From the human T2T-CHM13v2.0 reference genome, Homo sapiens, in NCBI RefSeq assembly GCF_009914755.1, contig NC_060925.1: a stretch of DNA of 64,000 bases; one strand, written 5' to 3'. A program made the position numbers and the translations under genes. Of this stretch, positions 47,572 through 64,000 are shown piece by piece. A model generated the notes under the pieces. It searched no databases and was not told the DNA's origin. It saw nothing but the letters and a program-made list of their open reading frames with translations. Each line of letters opens with the position of its first letter. The first letter of the stretch is position 1.

Positions 47572-47927
47572 TGTATTAGTCCGTTTTCACATTGCTATGA
47601 AGAACTACATGAGACGGGAATTTATGAAGAAAAGAGGTTTAACTGACTCACAGTACCACATGGTTGGGGAGGCCTCAGGAAACTTACAATCAAAGGGGAA
47701 ACAAGGCATGTCTTTCATGGAGGCAGGAGAGAGACACAGTGAGGGGGGAAGTGCCACACTTTTAAACCATCAGATCTTGTGAGAACTCACTATCATGAGA
47801 ACAGCATGGTGGAAATCCACCCCCCATGATCCAATCACCTCCTACCAGGTCCCTCCCCTGACACGTGGGGATGGGAACTATAATTTGACATGAGATTTGG
47901 GTGGGGACACAGAGCCAAACTATATCA
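47572..47927 (-). mobile_element. MaLR solo LTR (MSTA-like)
   Basis: TGTATTAGTCCGTTTTCAC...AAACTATATCA with 5-bp TSD GCACC. Confidence 0.9.
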
Positions 47928-49542
47928 GCACCCCACTCATGTCCCCACTTTTGCAGGGCCTCCATGCCTCGGGGAAGAAGCTCCCTGCTCAATATCTGGC
48001 CTGTGGAACCCAACGGCCAGGTCAGTGTCTGAGCCTGCCAGAGGAGGATTGCAGAGACTCTGCTTCTAGTGTCAGTCAGTCTTTCAAACCAGGGCTCTTG
48101 GGGACATAGGTGGTTATGGGGAGTTGAATCATTGTTTGTATACATGCCTCATTTCCCCCACCAGTTTTCAGCTGCTTGGTGGCAGGGGGCGTGCTTTACT
48201 CATCATCAAATCATCCTCAGCCTCCAGCACAGTAAACAGCACATAGCAGGTATTGGGAAAAAATCTGTAAAGTCAAGCCCAAAGGTGGGGATTTTAAGGC
48301 AGAAGGTGATCTTTTGGCAGTGGAGTGGTGAGAGGATGCTTTGATGACAAGCAGGGCTTTTTATATCCTTTAAACTGTCCCCTCCAGGCTGCTACCCTTT
48401 TTGCCATCTATGTGGCAGTTCTGGATTAAGTTCCACGAAGCAGGACCCTTGATGTCTTGTTCTCTGCGCCATCCCCAGGCCCAGATGAAAATCTAGCCAT
48501 AGTAGGCACACATCAATTCCTTGTTGAGTCAATTATCCCTCTATTTTGCTCTGCAACTCTCTCAGGTGTGATAAGAGATACAAAGAGCATTAAAGGTTAG
48601 TCTCACACTCACCAAACTCCTGATCCAGAATGTGAATGGCCCCATTTAGGAGATGAAGCCTCTGATCTTAAAATTTTATTTGGCAGAAACCAAGATATAG
48701 CTACAAACTCAGCTTTACACTTCATGCACTAAAGTATTCTTGCTTTTGCAGCATAAGGACTTCAGCCTCCGATTATTAGGTAATTGCCATGGATGATCAG
48801 TTATCTGCTGAAGGCACCTGCTTAGTGTCTTTTACTCTTCATCACTCTGCATTAGTGAATTTAATCCTACCCTCTGTGCACAACTTTTGTGTGCTCTTAA
48901 AATCAGCTTTAATATTAAGCAAATCTGTGTCTACTTTAAAAGATTGGAAACGGAAAAAAGAGATAAATTTTTGCCAAATCCTTCAAAAAAAATTCGTTTG
49001 GGGTCTTCTGCCTCTGATCATAATAAAGTCACTGGTACCAGAGTTGCTCTCCTGCTGCTAACAACTAGAAAACCAGACAAAACCTAGGAAACAGCTGTCT
49101 TCAGACATTGGTAGCAGGCAACAAGGGACTGTGGTCCCTGAGGGAACCTTAACAAGTAAGGTGAGTCCTACACTTGCCCTGGCTTCCACACGGAGACACT
49201 TTCTGGAACCCAGGCAGAGCACTGGGGGGCTCACTTCTGAAGAGATTGAGATTGAAATTTGGAGAGCGTGTGGGGCAGGGCATCAGAGAGGAGAAAGCTG
49301 TGCAGAGGGAAATCTGCCTCGGGATACCCTTGAGTCTTTGCTGAACACCTACAGCTTCTACTGATGAGCTGTCAGCTTAATGATTGCCAGAGCTGGCCCA
49401 GCGCTGGGGGAAGCTGAATTCTGACAGGGCAGAGGGGAGAGATGAAGCAGCACGCTCAGTGCATTCAGTAGAGAAACCGGAAGTTTCTTAGTAGTAGGAC
49501 TCTACTAGCCCTGGGCAAAGGCATTTGTTGTATTTAAATTGA

Positions 49543-49880
<338 letters not shown>

Positions 49881-50893
49881 TAATGTATAAATATACAGCT
49901 TAACTATCTTCTACACACTCAGATCCCTCAAAAACACTCTGACATCATCAGTTTGAGACATAAAGTTAACAAAGGAAAATTTATAAAATTAGAGCTTAAT
50001 ACCAAAAGAAGGGTTTTAGTAACTTCTATTTGTTCAGCACTGCATGATTTCTTTTTAAAATATATATTTTAATAAAAATTAAAATTTTTTTAAGTGTCAA
50101 TTGTGGATAACATAAATATGAAAAGAAAGATGGTGTATAATCCCATCACTCACACAGACAACCATTCCATGCACTGTGTCATTTTAAAAGAGCACTTTCT
50201 CATACATATCTCATTTGGTCATCATGGCAACTGATTAAGCACACAGAGTGTATATGATTATGCACATTTTACAGATGAAATTAAATGGCTTGCCTAAGGA
50301 CACATGGCTTAATGGCCAGGAAGCCAGATGTGGAATCAGATACTCTGATTGCAGATGCTTCTAGGCCCTGGGAGCTGCAGTTCCCAAGGAGCATATGCCC
50401 TCACACAGGCTTCGCTGACCTTTTCCAGCAAGGTATAAAAGAGGCCAAGGAAACATCTCAGCTATAACTAGCAAAGAAACTTTTTAGACTGAAAGAGTTA
50501 AGGAAAACCTTCCAGGAAAGTAAATAGAAATGCATTCAGAATGAGTCATATTTCCTTGGATCAAAGAAAAAGACTGGCTTTCATTTCACTTTTGGGTAAT
50601 AGATTTTAAGAGGGAAAGAAGGACACCCTAGTTTATATCCCACACATTAATAAAGTTGCTTTCTAACCTATGAGAGTGCAGACAGCCCACATCAAGAATC
50701 ACACTTGTTCAACTAGAGATGCCAGAAAAATAATAATAATAATTACACTGGGATAATTTGAGGATGAAACTAAGTAAATGACAGGGGAGGGGTCCTGAAA
50801 TTTAAATTATCATTTTGGAAATCTCAGAATAGAGAATTTTTCCATTTCCTAAATCTGCTATTTTTTTAAAAAGGGGATTCATCAGTGAGTCCA

Positions 50894-50895
<2 letters not shown>

Positions 50896-50927
<32 letters not shown>

Positions 50928-51038
50928 CAGGGTCTTACTCTGTTGCCTAAGCTGGAGTGCAGTAGTGCAATCACAGCTCACTGCAACCTCGAACTCCTGG
51001 GCTAAAGTGATCCTCCTGCCTCAGCCTCCCAGATAGCT
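50896..51038 (-). mobile_element. 5'-truncated Alu
   Basis: Long T tail; TSD TGAGTCCACC. Confidence 0.88.
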
Positions 51039-51713
51039 GAGTCCACCCTCTGAAAATCATTCTTTCAGTTGTCTTTCAGTCTTCCTGGACTTTGAAAGCA
51101 GCCTGGGGAAGTCGCCACAGCCTAGCCCCTTCTCAGACTGTGGATTGCCATTTAGGTTGTTAGAGCCAAAGCTGTCCTTTTAGCCAGAATGAGTGAGTGA
51201 GTGTAAGGCAAATTCATAAAGGAGGTAAAAAGGTTTGCCTTGGTCTCATCCTCACTCACCCCCTTTGCCATCCCTGTTTTAAAAGAAATTTTCTTCTTAA
51301 ACAAACACAAGGGAAGAAACACGTGACAAGCAGCTTTACATTGGGCCTGAGATTTATGTGTAAAGAGGGCTATGGGATGGATCCCCCGATACTTGGACAA
51401 CAGGGGTGGTCTCTGCTCCGGCTCCAGGTCCCCTTCCCTCACTCCATTCTCTCCTATCATCCTCACCATTCCTAAGTGTGGTTTCTGCTGAGGACAAGAG
51501 GCCTTCTCATTTCCAAAGCATCTCAAAATCATGGACTACGCCAATTGCGTATCTACTCTTCCTGCATATATTAACCCTCTTATGGCGATTTAACCAGTAA
51601 GCGCTGAGGAGCACTGCACAGTTCTGCTGTCTGGGTAGATTTTGCTGCTGCCAAGAGATCAACTTCTAGAGATAAAGTACATTTGTTATAGGATATTTCC
51701 TGTTTCAGCCTTA

Positions 51714-52258
<545 letters not shown>

Positions 52259-53435
52259 CTGATACTGCCCTGCACTCGTTAAGTTTTTCAGTACCCCAGT
52301 GCAGAACTGCTGAGGCCAGAGTCTAGGAGAGCCGCAATGAGGAAAGAGAGGCTGGCATGTATTCAAGAGGTCCTAGGGAAGTAGAATCACAGGAACTGGA
52401 AAATTGAATGGGAGGGAGGAGAGGAAAGGGAGAATAAATAACTGCAAGATTTCTGGACTGGGCAGCTAGATGCATGGTGGGGTGATGTGATCAAATAGGG
52501 ACTACGTAGGCAGAGAAGGAGGAAATTTTGGAGTGAGACAATGGTTTCCATTTGGGTCATGTTGAGTTCAAGTTACCTGTGAGAAAATTAAGTAGAAAAG
52601 TATTATATTCTGGAATCTCTAGGGTCTAAGCTCAGAAGAGAGATAGCAGCTAGAGAATTACATGTGGGAGACATGAGCTTGGCTCGGGGAGGTGAAACCA
52701 GGTGGAGTGAGAAGAGAAGGCTAATAATGATATGCCAGGGAACACTGGCTCAGCCGTGGAGGCAGAACTATTTTGGGTTACTGATTTCCTAGACCATGGA
52801 CTAAGGAATTGATCCTCTATTAGCATGTGCAAGGCTGAATCAGATGTCTCTTCTTCAATAAGGTTAGGAATTTCTTACTTCATAAAATAGGTAAAACATG
52901 AAATTCATATACCATAATGAATAATCATAATGCTACCTTATATGACTCTAACTCACAGCCTTTGTGTCTAAGGTCTTCTAAACCTAAATAGAACAGTCTC
53001 ATTAAGGACAAAGCAAAAAAATAAACATCCCTGACATGGAAGAATGTGCTGCTCAAAGACAAACACTTGATTGAGACGCACAAGCGGCAACTTCTGAGCC
53101 TCAGAAACCCATTAAATGGTCTTCTTCATGCATTTCTATGCACAGAAGTCTTAAGTGCTTAGGGGATCTTTTATTTTTTACTCCTCACTTCCATGCATTC
53201 ATTTCTGAAGCCCTATGACATCATTAGATAAGCATCAGATGAGAAAATGCATCCCATGGTTTACCACAGGCAGAATATTCCATATATAATACTTAAGATA
53301 GCATTTTCCCACTGAACAGACCAAAGAATCCTCAACAGGCATATGCAGAAGCGGTCAAACAAGGGTTTTTCCCAGCACTCTTGGATGTTCTTTGAAAGGG
53401 CTAAAGTCAAAAGAATAGTAAAAATTTTTCCCAAA

Positions 53436-54100
53436 TGTTATAGACTGAGCAATATCCCCCAAAACCTCATATGTTAAAATTCTAATCCCTTGTGCTTTAG
53501 CACGTGACCTTATTTGGAGTTAGGGTCTTTAAAGAGGTAATTAAGATAAAATGAGATCACTAGGGTGGGGTCTAATCCAATATGACTGATGTCCTTTAAG
53601 AGGAGGAAATTTGAACCTGGCCGGGCACGGTGGCTCACGCCTATAATCCCAGCACTCCAGGAGGCCGAGGCGGGTGAATCACAAGGTCAGGAGTTTGAGA
53701 CCAGCCTGACCAACATTGTGAAACACCGTCTCTACTAAAAATACAAAAATTAGCCTGGTGTGGTGGCAGGCAACTATAATCCCTGCTACTCGGCAGGTTG
53801 AGGCAGGAGGTTGCAGTGAGCCGAGATCGTGCCACTGCACTCCAGCCTGGGTGATAGAGTGAGACTCCATCTCAAAAAAAAAAAAAAAAAAAGGAAATTT
53901 GGACAGTTACAGAGAAACGACGGATGCAGGGAGAAGACAGCCATCAGCAAGTCAAAGAGAGAACCCTCAAAAGGAATCATGTCTGCCGACACATTGATCT
54001 GGGACTTGCCAGGCTCCAGAACGGTGAGACAATAAATTTCTGTTGTTAAAGCTACCCCGTCAGTGCTACTTTGTTATGGCAGCCCGAGCAAACCAATACA
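53436..54100 (+). mobile_element. MLT1B/C-like LTR interrupted by Alu (~53619-53892)
   Basis: MLT1 motifs; AGGAAATTTG repeats flank the Alu. Confidence 0.8.
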
Positions 54101-54811
54101 TCAAATAAGCAATATTTCATGTCTCTATATGACTATAAAGCAACAAATGGCTGGATATGGGTAGAGAATTCTAGCCTGCAATGTTTTCATGATGTGGGCC
54201 ATAAAAGTGGATGCCGCCTTACAAATGGTTGCCTTAAATCCTTGGTGATTACAATCAATGCAATTCTTCAGTCCAGGAAAAAGACAAAGCTGCTTTCAAG
54301 GGAAGGGAGGAAACAATAATCTGAAACTCCATCTGTACAATGACCAAAAATAAAAGCAAATGTGTTTGCAGTAGGCCTTGCCTTCTGCCCAAATTTTCTT
54401 TGGTTAAAACTGGGTAACTTGGCACCTCAGTATTAGCAGCCATTTATAAGTAATTGCTGGTAACAGGGAAAGGCAGACATCCAAGGCAGATGAGATGGTG
54501 AGAGGGGAGGCAGGATGTGGGGTAAATGTCCAAGATACTCACTTTGAGCTGGTCCACAGGCCCTTGTGTGAAAAAAATGCAGCTTCTCTAATCAGTGTTT
54601 TCTGAAAGTGAACTCTTTATCTTCTCTCATGGTGAGATTAAGGTTCTTTCGGAAGAAAGCGGAAGGAAATTTAATTTGCTTGCTCTCGTCTTTTTGATTT
54701 GTTTCCTACAGAAAAACCTAGTGAGTTGATTTTGAAAAAGACTTACACAATTATGGTTCCCTGGATTCTAACATATTTTGTCCTGCATATGGTTTCTAAC
54801 TTTGGATTGCT

Positions 54812-55120
54812 TTCTTCTTTCTTTCTTTCTTTCTTTCTTTTTGACAGAGTCTCACTCTGTCACCCAGGCTGGAGTGCAGTAGTGCAATCTCGGCTCACTG
54901 CAACCTCCGCCTCTTGGGTTCAAGCGATTCTCCTGCCTCAGCCTCCTGAGTAGCTGGGACTACAGGTGCGTGCCACCACACCCAGCTGATTTTTGTATTT
55001 ATAGTAGAAACAGGGTTTCTCCATGTTGGCCATGGTGATCTCGAACTCCTGACCTCAGGTGAGCCACCTGCCTTGGCCTCCCAAAGTGCTGCAATTACAG
55101 GTGTGAGCACCGTGCCCAAC
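54812..55120 (-). mobile_element. Alu followed by CT-rich tract (to ~55248)
   Basis: Alu consensus. Confidence 0.92.
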
Positions 55121-55749
55121 CTTCTTTTTTTTTCTTCTTTTTCCTCTCCATCTGTCCCTCCTTCCCTCCCTCCCTCCTTTCCTTTCTTCCTCCCTTCTCC
55201 TTCCCTCCTTCCTTCTTTCCCTTCCTCCCTTCCTTCCCTCCTTTTCTTTGGGAGCAGAGGCTATCTTTAACATCCCTACACAGAGATATAAGATCCACTC
55301 TCCCGCTCAGCGTCTTGCTACATTGTCTGTTAACCTCAATCTTGCCCATAAATTCTATCCAGTGCTGCAGTACCTTAAAGTAGAGTTGGGCTGTGACGTG
55401 GAGGAATCCTTGGCCCACCCAAAGTCACAAAAATCATTCATCCACAGATAGTAAAGTAGCATGAGGTGGAGAGGTGGCTGCCAAGAATATTTATCGAGCA
55501 CCCCTCTGACCATCCTCTCTACGTGACCTCTTACCAGCTAATGTGATGGAGCAGTGTTCTGTTCTAATCGGTGCTAACACCCTTAACTGATTTCTAAGGC
55601 CAAATTGTTCTCCTATTTGGGGCCCAGGTCATGTCAGCCTTTTTCAGTCACCCCTGAACCACTCTCAAGGATTATTGGGGAATTTCTCTTCCTCTGATAA
55701 TCTGTCCTATCACCCAGCAAAGGCGAGTTGTGGAGAAAAAGCCCCCAGG

Positions 55750-56163
<414 letters not shown>

Positions 56164-56439
56164 TCAACTGTTGTGCCTAAGAACAAAGAAAACAGCTGGG
56201 GTCTGAGGGGCAGTTGGTTGTTATCAGTTCTTCTAGAGGAACTGTTTTTTCCGGGAGGTGCTGGGATGGGCGTGGACGTGGAGGGACCAGCTTGAAAAGC
56301 AACTCCTTACAATCATACCCATCTTGGTTTGAACTCTCCTCCAACCACTGGCTGACAGTGAGACTGCAGACATCTCATCCCAAAGTGAAAGCCACACTAT
56401 CGTATAGGGGTAAACGTAACTCTTCACACCCACCATCCT

Positions 56440-56981
56440 GTTACCAGGGTAGCTCTGATGAAATAACTGGGAAAGTTCCGTTTCCCTACTGTTTTTCTTT
56501 AGTGCCTTTATCTATAGACACAATTGCTTAAAGAAACCAGATGGCCTAGGATGCTGCCAGAGCTTCTTGACCCTTAACCAAACACCAGAGGAAGATAAGA
56601 TCCAGGAGAAACCGGTGCAAATTACAACAGGCAACCCCTCTTGTCTTTAGTTGATTAACATAGCGTTATAATGCTAAAACCCCCTCCCCTAAGAGAAGAT
56701 CACCACTATTTGGTGTACATGCAATGTATGAAGAAGCATGTTTAGGAAGCATGCCCATGTGTCTGGAGTCTCACCCTTCACATGTTAACATACCTCTCCC
56801 ACTCCACACCCAGTCCTTAAAAACCCTGCCTCCTGTTGCTCAGGGAAAGGATGCCTTTGGAATGAGAGCTTCCCTTCTCCTTTCTCTGGCCGATAAATAA
56901 AACCCAATTGCCTTTTCCAATTAGATGTCCTTTCTTTGCAACTGATGGGAAATTGGGAAAGAACTCAGTTTGCTGATGACA
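56440..56981 (+). mobile_element. Probable ERV solo LTR (subfamily not recognised)
   Basis: TGTTA...TGACA termini, TTAAAA box, AATAAA near the 3' end. Confidence 0.55.
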
Positions 56982-57422
56982 ACCCCACCCTCCACACACA
57001 TCAATGCATCTGAACCTAAGTAGGTGCTGTGAGTACTGAGAATGCTGGTGAAGACTGGAGAGCCTGACTGTGGATCAAAGGCCACAGCCACTCTCGGGGA
57101 ACAAGGCCCAGGGAGACCCCTACACCTTCCCTATCACTATAGATACCAGAGCTTTGCAAGTCCACCTGACACATACAGCTGACACAAGCAACTGTTTGTC
57201 CACTCAAAACATACACCCCTAGGGCTAGAGAGCAGCAGCAGGAGGGCTTTCAAGGGAGAATACCAGAATGTCTAGTAGGTACTTGCTCAGGTAAATTTGG
57301 AGGGGCCTAAGGTCAAATATGATTCCTCCATCTGGCACAGAAGCTGGGACTCTTGATGGCAGCAGCATCCTAATCACAGAGGTTACACCAAGAGAGAGAA
57401 CATAGTCTTTGCATGTGTCTCA

Positions 57423-58426
<1,004 letters not shown>

Positions 58427-58626
58427 CTTTCATCTGACTTACTGTTGAACTAAACCAGAGGAGGTTCAGGGCTTGCAAGTTGACTGTTGTGGTCTTTCAT
58501 CACTGGGGTGGGCTGGTAGGGGCAGGACAAAATTTGAAGGCCCCAGAAAGACCTCTGCTTTGCAAACCCTGATGTTATAGCCCTCATTTGTATCCTTCTG
58601 TGTGCTCTCTGTGGATTAGGGTCTAG

Positions 58627-59030
<404 letters not shown>

Positions 59031-59308
59031 TGCAGTCCTTTTTACACTGTGTTCACAGAAGCCCCCGATGCTCTCAGGAGCCCCTCCAGGGCACCCAGGC
59101 AGAGGAAGTGAGGATGTGGCATAGCAGAGCTCTGCACTGACGCCCTCCGTCTGCTTCAACAGAGCAGACACAATTTCTTCTACTTTCTGCATTTATTGGG
59201 TTTCTGGGTAGGATTTTATTTCAATAAAAGCTTATTAGTTAAGGTTCTTTGGCTGAAAGCTATAGAAACCAACTCAGGCAAATAAGCAAAGAGGATTTAT
59301 TGGAAGTG

Positions 59309-61476
<2,168 letters not shown>

Positions 61477-62126
61477 CAGATCTGATGAGATCACAGGAGA
61501 GGCTGAGGAAGCAGGTGTGGAATCAAGCATCCTCGAAGGTCTTGGCAGGAGAGCTTGCTCGTCTCTCTCTGCTGCTGGACGTGAAGAACTCAGACTGTCT
61601 CCATCAGCACATCACCCCTCTCAGGAGTCTATGCTGTGGAGGGGAGAGGAGGGCCCACCAGGCAGCCTGCTGGGCTGTCAGCCTCCGTGGCGGGAGAAGG
61701 GCACCTGCCTCTAGATTCTTACTGAGACAGCACATACCAGAGGGGCTGCCAGGAAACAGCAAATGTGCACATGCCTCGCAGGGGTGAGAAGCTGGGTATC
61801 AAAACCAACAAATGCCCATTACAAATATCCTGGAAATTACCATGAGTAGAAAAAAGCAGTCACAAATCAGCCACCTGTTCACTCCTCCATCCCCCTCCAG
61901 ATGTGCCAAGACAGCTGCCAAATGTGCTGCTTTCCCAGTGGGTTAGGAGCATGGAATCCATCAGACAGGCAACTCAGTTCTCTCTCAGCTCTTCTCGGCC
62001 TTACCTCAGGGAACCACTGGTGCTGGATGCAAAGAACTGGTGACTTCTGCCATTCCTACTCTGTCTACACAGACGGCATCCTAATTCCACCCCATGCCAT
62101 GTGTCAACACTTGTGAATCCTTGCTA

Positions 62127-62545
<419 letters not shown>

Positions 62546-62552
62546 GTGTCAC

Positions 62553-63268
62553 TGTAACCGCCCAGTGGGTTCATCCTATCCATTGCCCAGATAATAGAGC
62601 TGATTTATCAAGATGGGGGAATTGCAACAGAGAAAGAGTTTAATTCACATAGAGCTGGCTAAACGGGAGACCAGAGTTTTATTATGACTCAAATCAGCCA
62701 CTTGGAAACTTCAGAGGCTAGGGTTTTTCAAGGATAGTTTGGTGGGCAGGAAATGGGTGCGGCTGATCGGTTGGGGATGCAATCACAGGGGTGTGGAAAA
62801 CGGTCCTCATGCGCTGAGTCTGCTTCTGGGTGGAGGGCCACAGAGGAGCTGCTAGTCCGAGTGGAGTCATCTGGTCGTCAGAAATGCAAAAGTCTGAAGA
62901 GACATCTTAAAAGGTCAATCTTAGATTCTACAATAGTGATATTAATTACAGGAGTAATTGGGGAAATTGCAAATCTTGTGACCTCTGGAATAATGGCTGG
63001 TAACTGTATATGCCGGCATCTTAGCAGAATTCAGGCCCCCCTCATCCTTTTAAACTTATGACCTTTTATTTACTTTATAAAGGCAGTTTAGTTTTAGGGA
63101 GGGTTATCATTTATACTCTAAACTAAATTTCTCCCAAGTTAGTTCAGCCCATGCCCAACAATGACCAATGGCAGTTTGGAGGTTAAAGGCAAGATGGAGT
63201 TAGTTACGTCAGATCTCTTCCACTGCTATAATTTTCTCACTGTTACCATTTCTGGAAAGGTGTTTTAA
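62553..63268 (-). mobile_element. LTR8-like ERV1 solo LTR
   Basis: tgtaaccgcccagtgggttc.. end and LTR8-like body. Confidence 0.72.
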
Positions 63269-63836
63269 TCAGTACAAAAGGCAAAAGTGTGCCTCTGGCT
63301 GCCCTGAAGGTATACCAACACCCCACAGAGGGCAAGAAGGACCCAAACGCTGTTGAGACTGAGCCAGCTGTCACAAGAATGCCAGAGGGCAACAAGAGTG
63401 TGTATTAAGTGTGTGCACTGTAAGCCTGCGATGGGATGGACTGCTTCCAGGTCACATCCTGTCCTAGAGACAAGCAAGAGACTGGGGAGCCAAGCTTGTA
63501 AGGCTCCCAGCAGAATCTGTCTCATTTTAATGAAATAATAATTTTAATAAAATTATAATCACTTTAATGAAATGATGAAGACCCAGCATTACCAGTACTC
63601 TCTTTGTTGCATTCTAACCTCCTTTCCCTGGACTCATAAATCAAGCTTTACAAGAGTCGTTGAATTTCTGTACAGAAGTCCAATCATTGGGCAGGAAATG
63701 GGAGGATGGTGTTTCTGGATCCTTCTGGGAATGGGAGGAATTGTCCTGCGAATCCATTCTAGGTGCCCCCAATTCGTAGACTCCCCCGGGCACTCTTGAT
63801 GGTCCATTCAGGTTTGTTTAGAAACCCCAATGGTAG

Positions 63837-64000
63837 CGTAAACAAAAAATAAAATCCTAAGTCCTCCACTGACTGAATGGATTCCCTCTGGGCCAAGGAG
63901 ACCCCAGAAAAAAACCTTAAAAACTGAGTTTCCAGCCATGATGAGACAAGAGGTCAGACACGCCTCATTATACCTCCTCCCTTTTAGGGTTTAGACACAG
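63837..64000 (+). mobile_element. MER4-group LTR start, truncated by window end
   Basis: gtaaacaaaaaataaaatcctaag..gactgaatgga..ggccaagg, homologous to the 57423-58426 element. Confidence 0.65.

Overview
Primate (most likely human) euchromatin matching the FAM89A locus (1q42.2 from recall). FAM89A lies on the minus strand with two coding exons (29122-28832 and 9022-8759, 184 aa), a CpG-island promoter, and the MIR1182 hairpin straddling its stop codon. The standout feature is a full-length processed retrocopy of the SUMO-targeted ubiquitin ligase RNF4 (10269-13112, + strand), inserted antisense in the FAM89A intron with a 16-bp TSD and poly(A) tail. Its 190-codon ORF is still intact, with all four SIMs and all RING zinc ligands preserved. 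It carries Y189H, equivalent to the rat RNF4 Y193H mutant that I recall being dimeric but ligase-dead, so it is a candidate natural dominant-negative or SUMO-chain trap. The rest is repeat-rich: ~35 Alus, MaLR/ERV solo LTRs (including an LTR2/HERV-E LTR nested in an Alu upstream of FAM89A), Tigger/Charlie/MER DNA transposon fossils, a ~27 x 73-bp polypyrimidine VNTR, a 20-bp minisatellite, and a 165-bp templated insertion inside a TA-rich repeat. Repeat subfamily names and comparisons with parental RNF4 come from memory of consensus sequences, not from searches. Repeat boundaries are approximate.
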